NCBI GenBank assembly: GCA_964467535.1
Contig: CAYXRT010000009.1
Span: 63-64,062, forward strand
Length of the DNA stretch: 64,000 bases
Reading direction: 5' to 3'
DNA from: an uncultured Desulfurococcales archaeon
Lineage (GTDB): Archaea > Thermoproteota > Thermoprotei_A > Sulfolobales > WANQ01
In this document: positions 25,658 to 35,883 of the stretch, in pieces
Layout of the letters: each line of letters starts with the position of its first letter
How positions within the stretch are numbered: position 1 is the stretch's first letter
The notes under the pieces: model-generated
The model's input: the letters and a program-made list of their open reading frames with translations, nothing else
Databases searched by the model: none
Told to the model about the DNA's origin: nothing
Made by a program: the position numbers and the translations under genes

Positions 25658-27304
25658 ATGATGGAAATACCCATACATGTAGTAGGACTCGCACCTGCAA
25701 TAGCAATAATAATGGCATTTGTCCTTCCCCTCGTGAGCCTTATTATTAAAAATAGAAGAGTTTGGGAAATCTATGCCATTGTTGGAACAGGCATAGTCCT
25801 CATCTTAACGGCTTTGACGTTCTGTAAAGCATTCTTTGAATCAGATAAACCACTAGTATACGTGTTTGGAGGGTGGCCTCCTCATATAGGGATAGTATAT
25901 GAGGTAGACAAAGTTAATGCTCTCTTAGGCTTATTAACTGCTACAATAATGTTCCTGATATCCGTCTACAGCGTAAAGTATCTTGAAGAACATCATGGAA
26001 TCGAGTGGTATTATACACTCCTATTAGGCGTTGAAGCTGGCATGTTGGGATGCTTCTATACAGGAGATGTATTCAATTTATTCGTCATGCTTGAAGTTAC
26101 ATCAGTTGCTGCGTATGGGTTAGTTGCATTCTTCAGATCTCAAAGGGAGGCCATTGAAGCAGCATTAAAGTATGCGCTTGTAGGCTCTGTTGCTACTACA
26201 ATATACTTCATAGCATTAGCATTCATATATGGAGCTTTCGGGACTCTAAATATGGCGTTTTTAGCATATATAACCAGGGCGGGTTGGACTTTAGGACCTA
26301 TAGAACCATTCATTAGACCAGTACCAGGAATGACCCTTGATGCAGCTCTCTCAGCTGCAATAATAGCATTAGCGCTATCGACGTGGGCCTTTACAGTAAA
26401 GGCAGCATTATTCCCTAATCACTTCTGGCTACCAGATGCCCACCCAGCTGCACCAACACCGATATCAGCACTATTATCAGGATTAGTAGTTAAGGTAGGA
26501 GTATATGCGGTTCTGAGATTTACTTATACTCTATTCGGATTGCCTATAGGAAGGTCTGGAGAATTCACGCCTATTACATTTGAGACGAACTTATTGTTGC
26601 TTAAAATACTATTGATACTAGGAACCCTTGCAGCTATAGTGGCATCACTACTAATGGTTGTTCAAAGAGATATTAAGAGACTCATAGCATATAGTACTAT
26701 CCTCCATATAGGTTACATATTCATGGGTATGGGATTATATACGTACCTAGGAGTTGCAGCATCTATATTCCATACCATTAACCATGCCATAGCAAAAGCT
26801 TTACTATTCCTTGCTGCAGGAGTTTTCATTCATACACTAAAGACTAGAGATATTGATGAACTAGCAGGTATTGGTGTCAAAATGCCTATATCGACATTCT
26901 GTTTCTTAGTCGCAGTATTGAGCTTAATAGGAATTCCAGGATTTAATGGATTTGCAAGTAAGTGGCTTCTATATACTGCTATCATAGAAGCTGGTTTAGT
27001 TCCTCTCGTAGTAGTAATAGTGTTTACAAGTGCTATGGCTGCATTAGCATATATAAAGATAATCTATGCTATATGGTTAAAGCCCCCAGTTAGGGATATA
27101 AGTAAGGTTAAAGAGGCGAGTCCATTAATGACGATACCGCTAGTAATCCTAGCCCTAGCATGTATATTAATAGGTATCTTACCATCAATGTTTATGGATA
27201 AAGTTATATTTCCTGCAACCACCTCACTCTATGACGTCTACTCGTACGTAGAAGTAGGTGTTAAAAAATTCATTTCAATAATATTTAGTCCTGCAGGAGG
27301 GTGA
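25658..27304 (+). CDS. Mbh proton/sodium-translocating antiporter-like subunit, MrpD/NuoL-M-N family (MbhH-like)
   Basis: 548 aa, polytopic. WLPDAHPAAPTPISALLSGLVVKVGVY is the family signature. Confidence 0.85.
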   Translation: MMEIPIHVVGLAPAIAIIMAFVLPLVSLIIKNRRVWEIYAIVGTGIVLILTALTFCKAFFESDKPLVYVFGGWPPHIGIVYEVDKVNALLGLLTATIMFLISVYSVKYLEEHHGIEWYYTLLLGVEAGMLGCFYTGDVFNLFVMLEVTSVAAYGLVAFFRSQREAIEAALKYALVGSVATTIYFIALAFIYGAFGTLNMAFLAYITRAGWTLGPIEPFIRPVPGMTLDAALSAAIIALALSTWAFTVKAALFPNHFWLPDAHPAAPTPISALLSGLVVKVGVYAVLRFTYTLFGLPIGRSGEFTPITFETNLLLLKILLILGTLAAIVASLLMVVQRDIKRLIAYSTILHIGYIFMGMGLYTYLGVAASIFHTINHAIAKALLFLAAGVFIHTLKTRDIDELAGIGVKMPISTFCFLVAVLSLIGIPGFNGFASKWLLYTAIIEAGLVPLVVVIVFTSAMAALAYIKIIYAIWLKPPVRDISKVKEASPLMTIPLVILALACILIGILPSMFMDKVIFPATTSLYDVYSYVEVGVKKFISIIFSPAGG

Positions 27305-27310
27305 TAACCA

Positions 27311-27655
27311 ATGATAAGTGAATCATTAATAGCCTTAATTAACGCTTTAATAATAATGACTATTATAGGACTAATACTCTACTCAACATACCTATATGTT
27401 GTTTCAAGAAGAGGATTAAGACCAAGTGGTGAAAAGTTAAAGGTATATGCTTGTGGCGAAGATTATCCAGCTGAGAAGGCAAGTGTATCTCATTTCAACT
27501 TATATTGGGGAGCGGTAAGGAGAGTATTTAGATCTTCATATCTATATATTAGGGATAAAATGCATACAGGCATATTAAACGACTGGTACTTCTACATGAC
27601 GGTTATGGTCTTATCTTTAATCATAATTCTAGGCGTAACATTCTTTATTAGGTGA
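27311..27655 (+). CDS. Mbh small membrane subunit (MbhI/NuoA-like)
   Basis: 114 aa, with terminal TM helices. The VYACGEDYP loop resembles the NuoA PYECG motif. Confidence 0.5.
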   Translation: MISESLIALINALIIMTIIGLILYSTYLYVVSRRGLRPSGEKLKVYACGEDYPAEKASVSHFNLYWGAVRRVFRSSYLYIRDKMHTGILNDWYFYMTVMVLSLIIILGVTFFIR

Positions 27656-27659
27656 AACT

Positions 27660-28658
27660 ATGAACGAGGAGATAATATATTTCGTAATAACAATGCTCGT
27701 ATTTCCAGGATTACTATTTACATTAATAGCATCATTCCTAACGCAGTGGTACTATAGAAAGTTATATGCTCATATGCAAAACAGGGTAGGGCCAAGATTT
27801 ATTGGCCCATTTGGTTTACTGCAACCCATAGCTGATTTTCTTAAACTATTATTTAAGGAAGATATTACTACAATTGTTGCTAGGAGAAGAGAGCAAGCAT
27901 TATTTCTAAGCCTGGGTGCTGGAGCATGTATTGCTTTATTGGCAATGCTTCCCTTCTCACCTTATCCCATAAAGGCAAGCTATGATGTTATAATAGCACT
28001 TTATTTAACATATTGGCCTACTATAGCACTTGTGCTAGTAGGTATGATGGCCCCAAATCCATTTACTATTATAGGTACTTCAAGATTTCTTTCATTGCTT
28101 CTAACGTATGAACCCTTATGGGCTGTAACATTATTAGTACCTGTAGTCCTTGTAGCAAGAACCTACGCTACATCACCAATATACTCCATTTATACAAGCA
28201 GCTTACTTGCATGGACTCTTTGGCGTAGTCCAATAGGATTCTTAGCACTTGGTTTAGGCCTTATAACTTCGATATTGGTACTGCAATGTAAATTAATGCT
28301 AAAACCATTTGATATACCTGAAGCAGAAACCGAGATTGTTGCTGGGATGTTCACTGAATATTCAGGACCTAAACTAGCATATATAATACTGCTTCATGAC
28401 ATAGAGATTGTAGTATATGGTCTATTAATTGTGTATTTGTACTTAGGAGGCCCAGCACCTTTTGACCTACTAAGTATACCAGGAGTACTATTATTCATAC
28501 TTAAGTATGCCATTGTAGTACTTTGTTTAATAATGATTAAAGCAGCTACTGCTAGATTTAGAATAGAGCAAGCAATGATAGTAATTCTGAAATACGCTAT
28601 CCCGATGGGTGTAGCATCAATACTAATAGCATCACTAGCGCCTATAATACTATGGTGA
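27660..28658 (+). CDS. Mbh membrane anchor subunit, NuoH/HycD-like (MbhM-like)
   Basis: 332 aa. [30 protein letters not shown] is the NuoH signature. Confidence 0.85.
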   Translation: MNEEIIYFVITMLVFPGLLFTLIASFLTQWYYRKLYAHMQNRVGPRFIGPFGLLQPIADFLKLLFKEDITTIVARRREQALFLSLGAGACIALLAMLPFSPYPIKASYDVIIALYLTYWPTIALVLVGMMAPNPFTIIGTSRFLSLLLTYEPLWAVTLLVPVVLVARTYATSPIYSIYTSSLLAWTLWRSPIGFLALGLGLITSILVLQCKLMLKPFDIPEAETEIVAGMFTEYSGPKLAYIILLHDIEIVVYGLLIVYLYLGGPAPFDLLSIPGVLLFILKYAIVVLCLIMIKAATARFRIEQAMIVILKYAIPMGVASILIASLAPIILW

Positions 28659-28664
28659 TAAAAT

Positions 28665-29183
28665 ATAGCATCATATATTGAAAATCTTAAGAAAGAGCTT
28701 AGAGAATTAATTAAACATTCAAAAAGAATAGTAATTGCATGTATAGGTAACGAATTAAGACAGGACGATGGAATAGGATTATTCATATGTAGAGAACTTA
28801 AGAAGAGACTTAAAAATATAAAAAAGGATAAAGTATTGATACTAGAGTGCCCTCACGGGCTTGAACTCTATACAGATAATATAATAGAATATAGACCAGA
28901 TACACTGATCATAGTGGATGCCGTTTCTTCAAAGACTCCTCCAGGTACGATAATATATACTTGTGATATTGAGTGCATTGATAAATATACAATTATATCA
29001 ACACATACGATACCATTACATGTAGTACTAGAATATATTAAAACATTTACTAAGAATTTAAGACATACATGTTTACTAGGTATTCAGATTAAAAATATGG
29101 GTTTTGGAACTAATATAACCCCAGCAGTCATGGAAGCTGGGAAAGCAGTTATTTACCTTCTCTCCCAGCTTTTGAAGGCATAG
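28665..29183 (+). CDS. [NiFe]-hydrogenase maturation endopeptidase (HycI/HybD family); start codon unresolved
   Basis: The frame is open from TAA 28659-61. The upstream in-frame codons encode RIVIACIGNELRQDDGIGLFICRELKK, the conserved N-terminal GNxxxxDDGxG. The first canonical start is TTG 28836, downstream of that motif. Confidence 0.75.
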   Translation: MASYIENLKKELRELIKHSKRIVIACIGNELRQDDGIGLFICRELKKRLKNIKKDKVLILECPHGLELYTDNIIEYRPDTLIIVDAVSSKTPPGTIIYTCDIECIDKYTIISTHTIPLHVVLEYIKTFTKNLRHTCLLGIQIKNMGFGTNITPAVMEAGKAVIYLLSQLLKA

Positions 29184-29544
29184 ATGTAAATATTGGCTGT
29201 ACAATAAACATCTCCTTCTTATCGAATCTAATTGCTGGAGGTTTTTCTTCACTAATAATGTAGGCCTTAACAGGACAAACCTCGACACATCTATAGCAGA
29301 AAATACATCTATCATAATGTATTATTGGGTATCTCTTCTTTCTCTCCGGGAACATTTTCATTTCAATAGCTTGAGCTGGACACTCTATAGAGCATAAACC
29401 GCAGCCTATACATTTATCTCCATTAACTTTATGTAAACCTCTATAACCTGGAGCAGGCTTTATTTCCTCTTTAGGAAATGGTAAAGTTATTGGTTTTTTG
29501 AATAAGTTCTTAAGAACTTCTCCTAATAATCGGGGAAGGGACAT
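29149..29544 (-). CDS. Mbh 2x[4Fe-4S] ferredoxin-like subunit, NuoI-like (MbhN-like)
   Basis: 131 aa. Two cluster motifs: CIGCGLCSIECP and CIFCYRCVEVCP. Confidence 0.85.
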   Translation of the reverse strand: MSLPRLLGEVLKNLFKKPITLPFPKEEIKPAPGYRGLHKVNGDKCIGCGLCSIECPAQAIEMKMFPERKKRYPIIHYDRCIFCYRCVEVCPVKAYIISEEKPPAIRFDKKEMFIVQPIFTSMPSKAGREGK

Positions 29545-29547
29545 GCT

Positions 29548-30717
29548 TTACCACCTTAACCTATTTAGTTCTTTAAGCGGTACTACCATGGACCTACCAC
29601 TCCTTACATCTATTACTTTTACTCTTTCACAACATGCTATGCATGGATCAAAGCTAGTAAATATTACTGGTACATCCGCTACATGAGCTCCTTTTATTAA
29701 GAATGCACCGTTATGTATATTCGTAAATGATGGTGTTCTAACCTTTAACCTGTATGGCTTTAGACCTCCTTTGCTTATTGCATGATATATTAATTCTCCT
29801 CTAGGTGCTTCAGTTTTACTTATTCCTTCTCCTGGAGGCATTTTCTTAGGTACGACCTTAGGAAGTATTGGTCCGCTTGGTAAGTGTTCTATAACATATC
29901 TTACCATGTTTATTGATTCAAATGTCTCATCTACTCTGACCATCATTCTAGCCCAGCTATCACCTTCCTTATACGTTATCACATTAAATGGGACTTCATC
30001 ATATGCTGCATATGGATAATCTTTTCTGATATCCGATTTGACGCCACTGCCCCTTAACATAGGGCCTACAACACAATGTGCTATAGCTTGCCATGCTGTT
30101 AGTCTTCCTGTATCCACGAGCCTCTTTAATATGATTGGGTCTTCACTCCATACCTTTTTATAGTACTTCATTCTCTCTTCTATGTAGTTTAAGTGCTTCT
30201 TGATTTTATCGCATATTTCTGTTGTAATATCCCTTCTAACACCACCTATAGTTACGTAATCTGCAAGAACCCTGTTCCCTGTTACTAGCTCTTTTAGGTA
30301 CATAACTCGCTCTCTATCTCTCATCATTAACATGAATAAGGTTTCAAAACCTATTGCTTCAGCCATGATCGCAAGTATTATCATGTGACTATGTATTCTC
30401 TCCAGTTCATTAACAAGAACTCTAAGATATCTAGCTCTTGGAGGAACTTCTATATTACCTAGATCTTCAAAGCACTGAGCACATGTTGTTCCATGTATTG
30501 TATTACATATTCCACATATTCTCGAACACATAAATACGTTTTGATGCCATGTCTTTCTCTCAGCAAGCCATTCAACACCCCTATGATTGAAACCTGCTAC
30601 AACTTTTACATTAACAACTTCCTCTCCATCAACCCATATTCTAAGTTGAATAGGCTCATGGATTGCTGGATGCTGGGGACCTACAGGTATTTCTATAATT
30701 CTTATCTGCTTACTCAT
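29548..30717 (-). CDS. Group 4 membrane-bound [NiFe]-hydrogenase large subunit, NuoD-like (MbhL-like)
   Basis: 389 aa. N-terminal Ni-binding RICGICNTIHG and C-terminal DPCIACCER, followed by a 24-aa tail suited to proteolytic maturation. Confidence 0.9.
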   Translation of the reverse strand: MSKQIRIIEIPVGPQHPAIHEPIQLRIWVDGEEVVNVKVVAGFNHRGVEWLAERKTWHQNVFMCSRICGICNTIHGTTCAQCFEDLGNIEVPPRARYLRVLVNELERIHSHMIILAIMAEAIGFETLFMLMMRDRERVMYLKELVTGNRVLADYVTIGGVRRDITTEICDKIKKHLNYIEERMKYYKKVWSEDPIILKRLVDTGRLTAWQAIAHCVVGPMLRGSGVKSDIRKDYPYAAYDEVPFNVITYKEGDSWARMMVRVDETFESINMVRYVIEHLPSGPILPKVVPKKMPPGEGISKTEAPRGELIYHAISKGGLKPYRLKVRTPSFTNIHNGAFLIKGAHVADVPVIFTSFDPCIACCERVKVIDVRSGRSMVVPLKELNRLRW

Positions 30718-31178
30718 TACTTACCAGGCCCCTTCCAATCCTTTCTTAATGGGAACACATTTGATAAATCATCTGGTACTAGGAATGGTTTCTTCATAAA
30801 GGGATTACCCTCAAAGTACACACCTATGAGATCATAAGCTTCCATTTCATGGGGTCTTGCTCCTGGAAGTATATTTATTAGCGATGGAACTTTAGGATTA
30901 TCTCTTGGTACCCTAGTCTTTAACACTAAAATGCATTTCAATGGGATTATAGACATATCATAGTTTAATTCAAAGATTTTATCATCAATAAAATCGACAG
31001 CTGCAATTGTTGATAGATAAACCTGTCCTTTATATGCCTCTACTAGCTTCTTAACTATTTCAGGTAATTTGTCTGGATCTACAAAGGCTTGGTATCTTCT
31101 TGGTTTTACTAGTCTAACTTCTATGCCTAGTTCCTTAAATAATTCTTCAATTTTTGGAAATTCTTCTTCGACTTCCAT
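30717..31178 (-). CDS. Mbh NuoC-like subunit (MbhK-like)
   Basis: 153 aa, between the small and large subunit genes. MEAYDLIGVYFEGNP is typical of NuoC/HycE-N. Confidence 0.8.
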   Translation of the reverse strand: MEVEEEFPKIEELFKELGIEVRLVKPRRYQAFVDPDKLPEIVKKLVEAYKGQVYLSTIAAVDFIDDKIFELNYDMSIIPLKCILVLKTRVPRDNPKVPSLINILPGARPHEMEAYDLIGVYFEGNPFMKKPFLVPDDLSNVFPLRKDWKGPGK

Positions 31179-31185
31179 ATTCTTT

Positions 31186-31650
31186 TCACCTTACAGGAGC
31201 TTCTAATTCAATTTTCTTTGCTTTTTCTTCTAGTATTCTAATAGCTTCAACTATTCCCATAACTATCATATCTGGTCTAGGAGTACATCCAGGTACATAA
31301 ACATCAACTGGTATGACTTTATCGACTCCATGTTCATGTGAATATGATCCCTGAAACACACCACCACTTATTGCACATGTTCCTACAGCAATTACTACTT
31401 TAGGTTCGGGTATTTGATCATATATTCTTTTAAGCCTTTCAGCAGCTCTTTTAGTAACAACTCCTGTAACTATAAGTATATCGGCATGCCTAGGACTTGG
31501 TGTAAGCTTTACTCCAAGTCGCTCAGGATCAAAGTGAGGGCATATAGCAGCTAATACTTCTATATCACATCCATTACAACCCCCTGTATTGAAATGCAAA
31601 AGCCACGGAGATCTAGTAACACCCCATCGTAGAAACCTCATTACTGACAT
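31186..31650 (-). CDS. Group 4 [NiFe]-hydrogenase small subunit, NuoB-like (MbhJ-like)
   Basis: 154 aa. Cluster ligand motifs GGCNGCDIE, GTCAISGG and VPGCTPRP. Confidence 0.9.
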   Translation of the reverse strand: MSVMRFLRWGVTRSPWLLHFNTGGCNGCDIEVLAAICPHFDPERLGVKLTPSPRHADILIVTGVVTKRAAERLKRIYDQIPEPKVVIAVGTCAISGGVFQGSYSHEHGVDKVIPVDVYVPGCTPRPDMIVMGIVEAIRILEEKAKKIELEAPVR

Positions 31651-31830
31651 ATACTTACACCACGATTTAGTGTATTATTAGCTACATCCTTCCAAAATAG
31701 GGTGAGGACGTACTAATAAAGTTTACTCAATCTACAGAATGTTTCAATCATTCTTTGAATAGAATAAGTATCTATTTAAAACGTCCAATTTCGAATGAAT
31801 ATGATATTTTAGATTTAGCTGTTTTGCAGA

Positions 31831-32997
31831 TTATTTAACCTTATAAAATGTAGCTAATTTCTTAAGTTTCCTTAATGCTATATTTCTACCCTTATCGTTT
31901 AGCTTAGCCTTCTCTATCGCCTCCTCCAATGTTGTTATAACTTCTATCATAATCTCTCTCTTTACTGGATAGGGTACACCATCCTTACCTCCAAAAGCGT
32001 AAGCATATTTAAATGGATCATAGGGTTGATTAACGGGATCTTTTGGAGAAGGCGGTTCATTGTATATTAAGTCTGATACTAGGGCTAATGCCATCATAGC
32101 TGAAGGACCTAGACCTTTAATAAGTAGAGCTTCTTCAAGAGATAGCGGTTTTACTTCATAAACCTTCTTGAGAATGTTTATTAATCTATTACTAATTGTT
32201 ATTGGCCTGTACATTATTATGTATCTACTTCTATCAATTACTGTGATACTAGCATTGCTAATCCATATAGTCAATGGTATAGTTCTTTTTAGAATTCTAT
32301 TTGCTTCAGCAATTAAGTTTATTGTCTTTTTAGGATTTTCATTAAGTAAGTCTAGAATCGTTTTCCTTGCCCCTTCAGCTTCTCTAGCAGTTAAGTTCAA
32401 TACTATACTTTCCTTACACCCAGCTATACCTATATGGGGTTCACGAACATATCTCTCAATACTCTTAGAAAACCAGTGATATCTCCTTGCAAGCCCCCTG
32501 CCTACGTTCATACCCTGCTGGATTACACCCCACATTCCATTTTCCGAAACAATTAATGAATGATGATAAAGCTGATAACCATCCTGTAATAACGTTGAAT
32601 CGACTTTAGCTATAAGCCTAGATGCACGTAATAATTCTTCTTCTTTATTTGATGATAGGTTTAACTTTTCTACTACCTTGCTTATTTCTTCATTTATATT
32701 GAGTGCTCTTTTACCCTTACCTCCTAAAACCATAACTCCTAAATCACCGTTAGCTAATACCTGTCTTAATATTGCTGTTGTAACTGTTGTAGATCCACTA
32801 CTGTCCCAGTCCATACCAATGATATTATTTAGGGCCTGAAACCATAAGGGGTGGGAAAGTCTCTCAACAACTTTATCAGATCCGAATTCAAGTACTAAGA
32901 CTTCAATTATGGCCCTAGCTAACCTCTTCATTAACTCGGCTAACCATCTAGGTACATGTCCTTCATGTAGTGGTAGTTCGACTATACCTTCAATCAT
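31831..32997 (-). CDS. Conserved archaeal protein, DUF763-like
   Basis: 388 aa. LPLHEGHVPRWL...HPLWFQALNNIIGMDWDSSGSTT matches my recollection of the DUF763 N-terminal signature. Confidence 0.5.
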   Translation of the reverse strand: MIEGIVELPLHEGHVPRWLAELMKRLARAIIEVLVLEFGSDKVVERLSHPLWFQALNNIIGMDWDSSGSTTVTTAILRQVLANGDLGVMVLGGKGKRALNINEEISKVVEKLNLSSNKEEELLRASRLIAKVDSTLLQDGYQLYHHSLIVSENGMWGVIQQGMNVGRGLARRYHWFSKSIERYVREPHIGIAGCKESIVLNLTAREAEGARKTILDLLNENPKKTINLIAEANRILKRTIPLTIWISNASITVIDRSRYIIMYRPITISNRLINILKKVYEVKPLSLEEALLIKGLGPSAMMALALVSDLIYNEPPSPKDPVNQPYDPFKYAYAFGGKDGVPYPVKREIMIEVITTLEEAIEKAKLNDKGRNIALRKLKKLATFYKVK

Positions 32998-33129
32998 TAT
33001 TTCAATACTATACTATATGTTATGAGGTAAAAATAAAGTTGTGTTCCCATAGTTGGAACTCATAAATACTATTAAAGCATTAGCTTTAATATTACCTTAT
33101 AGTTTAATTCATCAAATAAGGGGATATCC

Positions 33130-33855
33130 TTGACTAGGGATAAGGTATTAATTAATGCGACTTTATTTACGGTTCTAGTATTTGCTGCCACAGTTGTTGT
33201 GACCATATATGTTCCTGCTACTGGAGGATATTTTAATCTAGGTGAATCTATGATATACGTTGCAGCTTTAGTGCAAGGACCTATAGTTGCTGCTATAGCT
33301 GGTGGTGTTGGAGCATCCCTAGCAGATATAGTTATGGGCTATAGTATATTTGCACCAGGTACATTAATCATTAAAGCTATTGAAGGATATCTAGCCGGAT
33401 ACTTATTTTGCAAAATGAGGAAAAGCATATCATACAGAAAACTTGCTTCCACGGCTGTGGGGTTATTATATGCTGGATTGATATTGGGAATCGGTTATAC
33501 TTACCTCTCTGGTGAAGCACTTATTGGACCGGAACCATTATCTATCGTACTTTATATCCCTCCATGGATATGGATCTTCATGGCATTAATCGTTAATAGA
33601 GCAATTGAAAGACTAGGTGACGTAGAATCTGAAAAAGCTTTGACTGCCATAGTGCTATTAGTAGCGGGTTCAACCATGATCCTTGGATACTTCCTCTACG
33701 AATACTTTATATCAAATCCGCTTACGGGGAGAGAGCCTATTGCTGCATTAGCTGAAATACCTGTAAATATAGGTCAGGTAACTATTGGAGCTTCATTTGC
33801 ATTACCAATAGTTTCATTCCTTGAGAGGGCAGGATATGTTAAGAAAAGCCGTTGA
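33130..33855 (+). CDS. ECF transporter substrate-capture (S) component-like membrane protein
   Basis: 241 aa, polytopic. TTG start. Immediately upstream of a fused ECF-type ATPase and a T component. Confidence 0.55.
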   Translation: MTRDKVLINATLFTVLVFAATVVVTIYVPATGGYFNLGESMIYVAALVQGPIVAAIAGGVGASLADIVMGYSIFAPGTLIIKAIEGYLAGYLFCKMRKSISYRKLASTAVGLLYAGLILGIGYTYLSGEALIGPEPLSIVLYIPPWIWIFMALIVNRAIERLGDVESEKALTAIVLLVAGSTMILGYFLYEYFISNPLTGREPIAALAEIPVNIGQVTIGASFALPIVSFLERAGYVKKSR

Positions 33856-35146
33856 AGTTAAAGGACTTAGTGTAGAATATGAAGACACTCTAGCACTTAA
33901 GAATGTAACCTTTGATTTAGATAAAGGCGAATTACTTCTTATTTTAGGTCCTTCAGGTTCAGGTAAATCTACATTACTTAAAACTCTAGCTGGAATAATA
34001 CCTCATGTAGTAAATGCTAAAGTTCGTGGTAATGTAAGGATTATGAACATAAACCCTATTGTGGAAGATCCATTAAAGCTTTCAGGTCTTATAAGTTATA
34101 TTCCACAAGAGCCATGGGATGGAATATTAACTCATAGCGTTTATTCTGAACTCTGTATCAATGCGTTACTCTACGGAATAAAGCAGGATAGAATTGTTAA
34201 GAGTATTAAAGAGTTCCACTTAGAAAATATGATCAATAGGCTTACATACACACTAAGTGCTGGGGAAGTACAAAGATTGGTAATAGCTTCATCAGATTGC
34301 ATAAATGCGAGAATATATTTACTTGATGAACCTTCATCATTTCTAGACGAGAATAGTAGGAACTCATTAATTAAATATATATCAAAGTTATTAGATAATG
34401 AATCTACAGTTGTAGTTGTTGATCATGATGTTGATCTTTGGAAGTCCCTAATTAGTAAGGTCTTAATTCTAGATAAAGGTGTACAAAAATACTATGGAAG
34501 CTTCATAGAGAAAGCAGAAGAGTATGCTATGAAGAGCCTGACCAGTAAATATAAAGTTCGTAAAGTGCAGGGGGATGAAATTTTATTGATGAATAATATT
34601 TGGTTTAGGTACCCGGGTTCAAGTAAGTATGTGATAAAGGGGTTTAACTTAGAGTTATTCAGGGGTGAATTTGTAGTATTGGTGGGTCCTAATGGTTCAG
34701 GTAAAACTACTCTCCTTAAGATAGCTTCTAGAATTCTAAAACCTAATAGGGGTAATGTCCTCATAAAAGGAAGAGCTATTTATATCCCGGAAAATCCTTT
34801 ACTTTATTTCAGTGAACCTGTAGTTTATGATGAGGTGGTAATTCATGCAAAGGATCAAAGTTATGGTGAAGAGCTGCTTAGAAAATTGAATTTATTTCAC
34901 TTAAGTAATAAACCAATAAGAAAGCTCAGTAGTGGAGAAAGACGAAGGGTTGCTTTAGCTTCTGCATTAGCACGTGGATTTAATTTAATATGTATCGACG
35001 AAATCACAGCTGGGCTCGACCCATACAATACTCGTTTAGTTATAGAAGCCATATGCGAATCATTAGACGAAGGCGTGAGTATCTTAGGAGCTAGTCATGA
35101 TAAACGATTAATCACCGTAACTTCAAGAACCCTGATGTTAGGGTAA
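33836..35146 (+). CDS. ECF transporter fused tandem ATPase (EcfA-EcfA', CbiO-like)
   Basis: Two ABC cassettes: Walker A GPSGSGKSTLLK and GPNGSGKTTLLK; signatures LSAGEVQR and LSSGERRR. ATG 33836 preferred over the track's TTG 33821. Confidence 0.85.
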   Translation: MLRKAVEVKGLSVEYEDTLALKNVTFDLDKGELLLILGPSGSGKSTLLKTLAGIIPHVVNAKVRGNVRIMNINPIVEDPLKLSGLISYIPQEPWDGILTHSVYSELCINALLYGIKQDRIVKSIKEFHLENMINRLTYTLSAGEVQRLVIASSDCINARIYLLDEPSSFLDENSRNSLIKYISKLLDNESTVVVVDHDVDLWKSLISKVLILDKGVQKYYGSFIEKAEEYAMKSLTSKYKVRKVQGDEILLMNNIWFRYPGSSKYVIKGFNLELFRGEFVVLVGPNGSGKTTLLKIASRILKPNRGNVLIKGRAIYIPENPLLYFSEPVVYDEVVIHAKDQSYGEELLRKLNLFHLSNKPIRKLSSGERRRVALASALARGFNLICIDEITAGLDPYNTRLVIEAICESLDEGVSILGASHDKRLITVTSRTLMLG

Positions 35147-35151
35147 AGATT

Positions 35152-35883
35152 ATGTTGAGTATTCTAATATCAAGGATTTATAGGGCATTATTTCTTCGAG
35201 GAGATGATCTTGAGTTAAAGCATGCACATATGTATGTAAAGCTCATATTCCTTATTACAGGGTTAATATCTATATATACGGGGTCATATATCACCTCGAT
35301 CACCGTTATCATTCTTGGTCTTCTCTTATCTCTCTATTATGACTTTAGTAAAGAGTATTGTTCAGCATTAGTTATAGCATTAATTCCCGCGTTATGGCTA
35401 GCATTAACCAATTTATTAATAGTAGCTGTTGTTAAGGGTACCTTAAGTATACATGCTCTTACCATAGTCTTCCTTAAGGTAATAGCAGCTACTCTTATCA
35501 TATTATTATTCATGATAATGTTAAGTCCAATTGAGTTATGTAATATAATTGTAAAGCTGGGAAGGGGTAATCCTATATATCCATTAATGACTTGGAGGTT
35601 CATACCATTAGGTTTGAAAGAGGTTGAAGAATCATATATTATTCAGAGATTAAAAGGAGAGGCTATCTGGAAATCACTAGCTATAGCATCAGCTTCAATG
35701 ATTGAAAGAGGTGATAGGATAATCGAAGCTAATATTCATAAACTCAATTTGAAGTTACGTAAACTTCTACCGTATCTTTATTATCTAAGGCCTACAATAA
35801 TTCTATCATTATGTACTATTTTGTTAATTTTCATAGCATTTCTTGAGGTTAAAGTCTTACCTTTCCTTAGTATAATTCATTAA
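35152..35883 (+). CDS. ECF transporter transmembrane (T) component, CbiQ/EcfT-like
   Basis: 243 aa, polytopic. Called from its position directly after the tandem ATPase; the ARG coupling motifs are not clear by eye. Confidence 0.55.
   Translation: MLSILISRIYRALFLRGDDLELKHAHMYVKLIFLITGLISIYTGSYITSITVIILGLLLSLYYDFSKEYCSALVIALIPALWLALTNLLIVAVVKGTLSIHALTIVFLKVIAATLIILLFMIMLSPIELCNIIVKLGRGNPIYPLMTWRFIPLGLKEVEESYIIQRLKGEAIWKSLAIASASMIERGDRIIEANIHKLNLKLRKLLPYLYYLRPTIILSLCTILLIFIAFLEVKVLPFLSIIH

Noticed and set aside
29548-30717. Possibility that the complex is an Mbx/Mbs-type (sulfur/polysulfide-linked) homologue rather than a hydrogenase.
   Set aside because: Both N- and C-terminal CxxC Ni-Fe ligand pairs are intact, and a dedicated maturation protease is encoded alongside. 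These point to a true H2-evolving Mbh.
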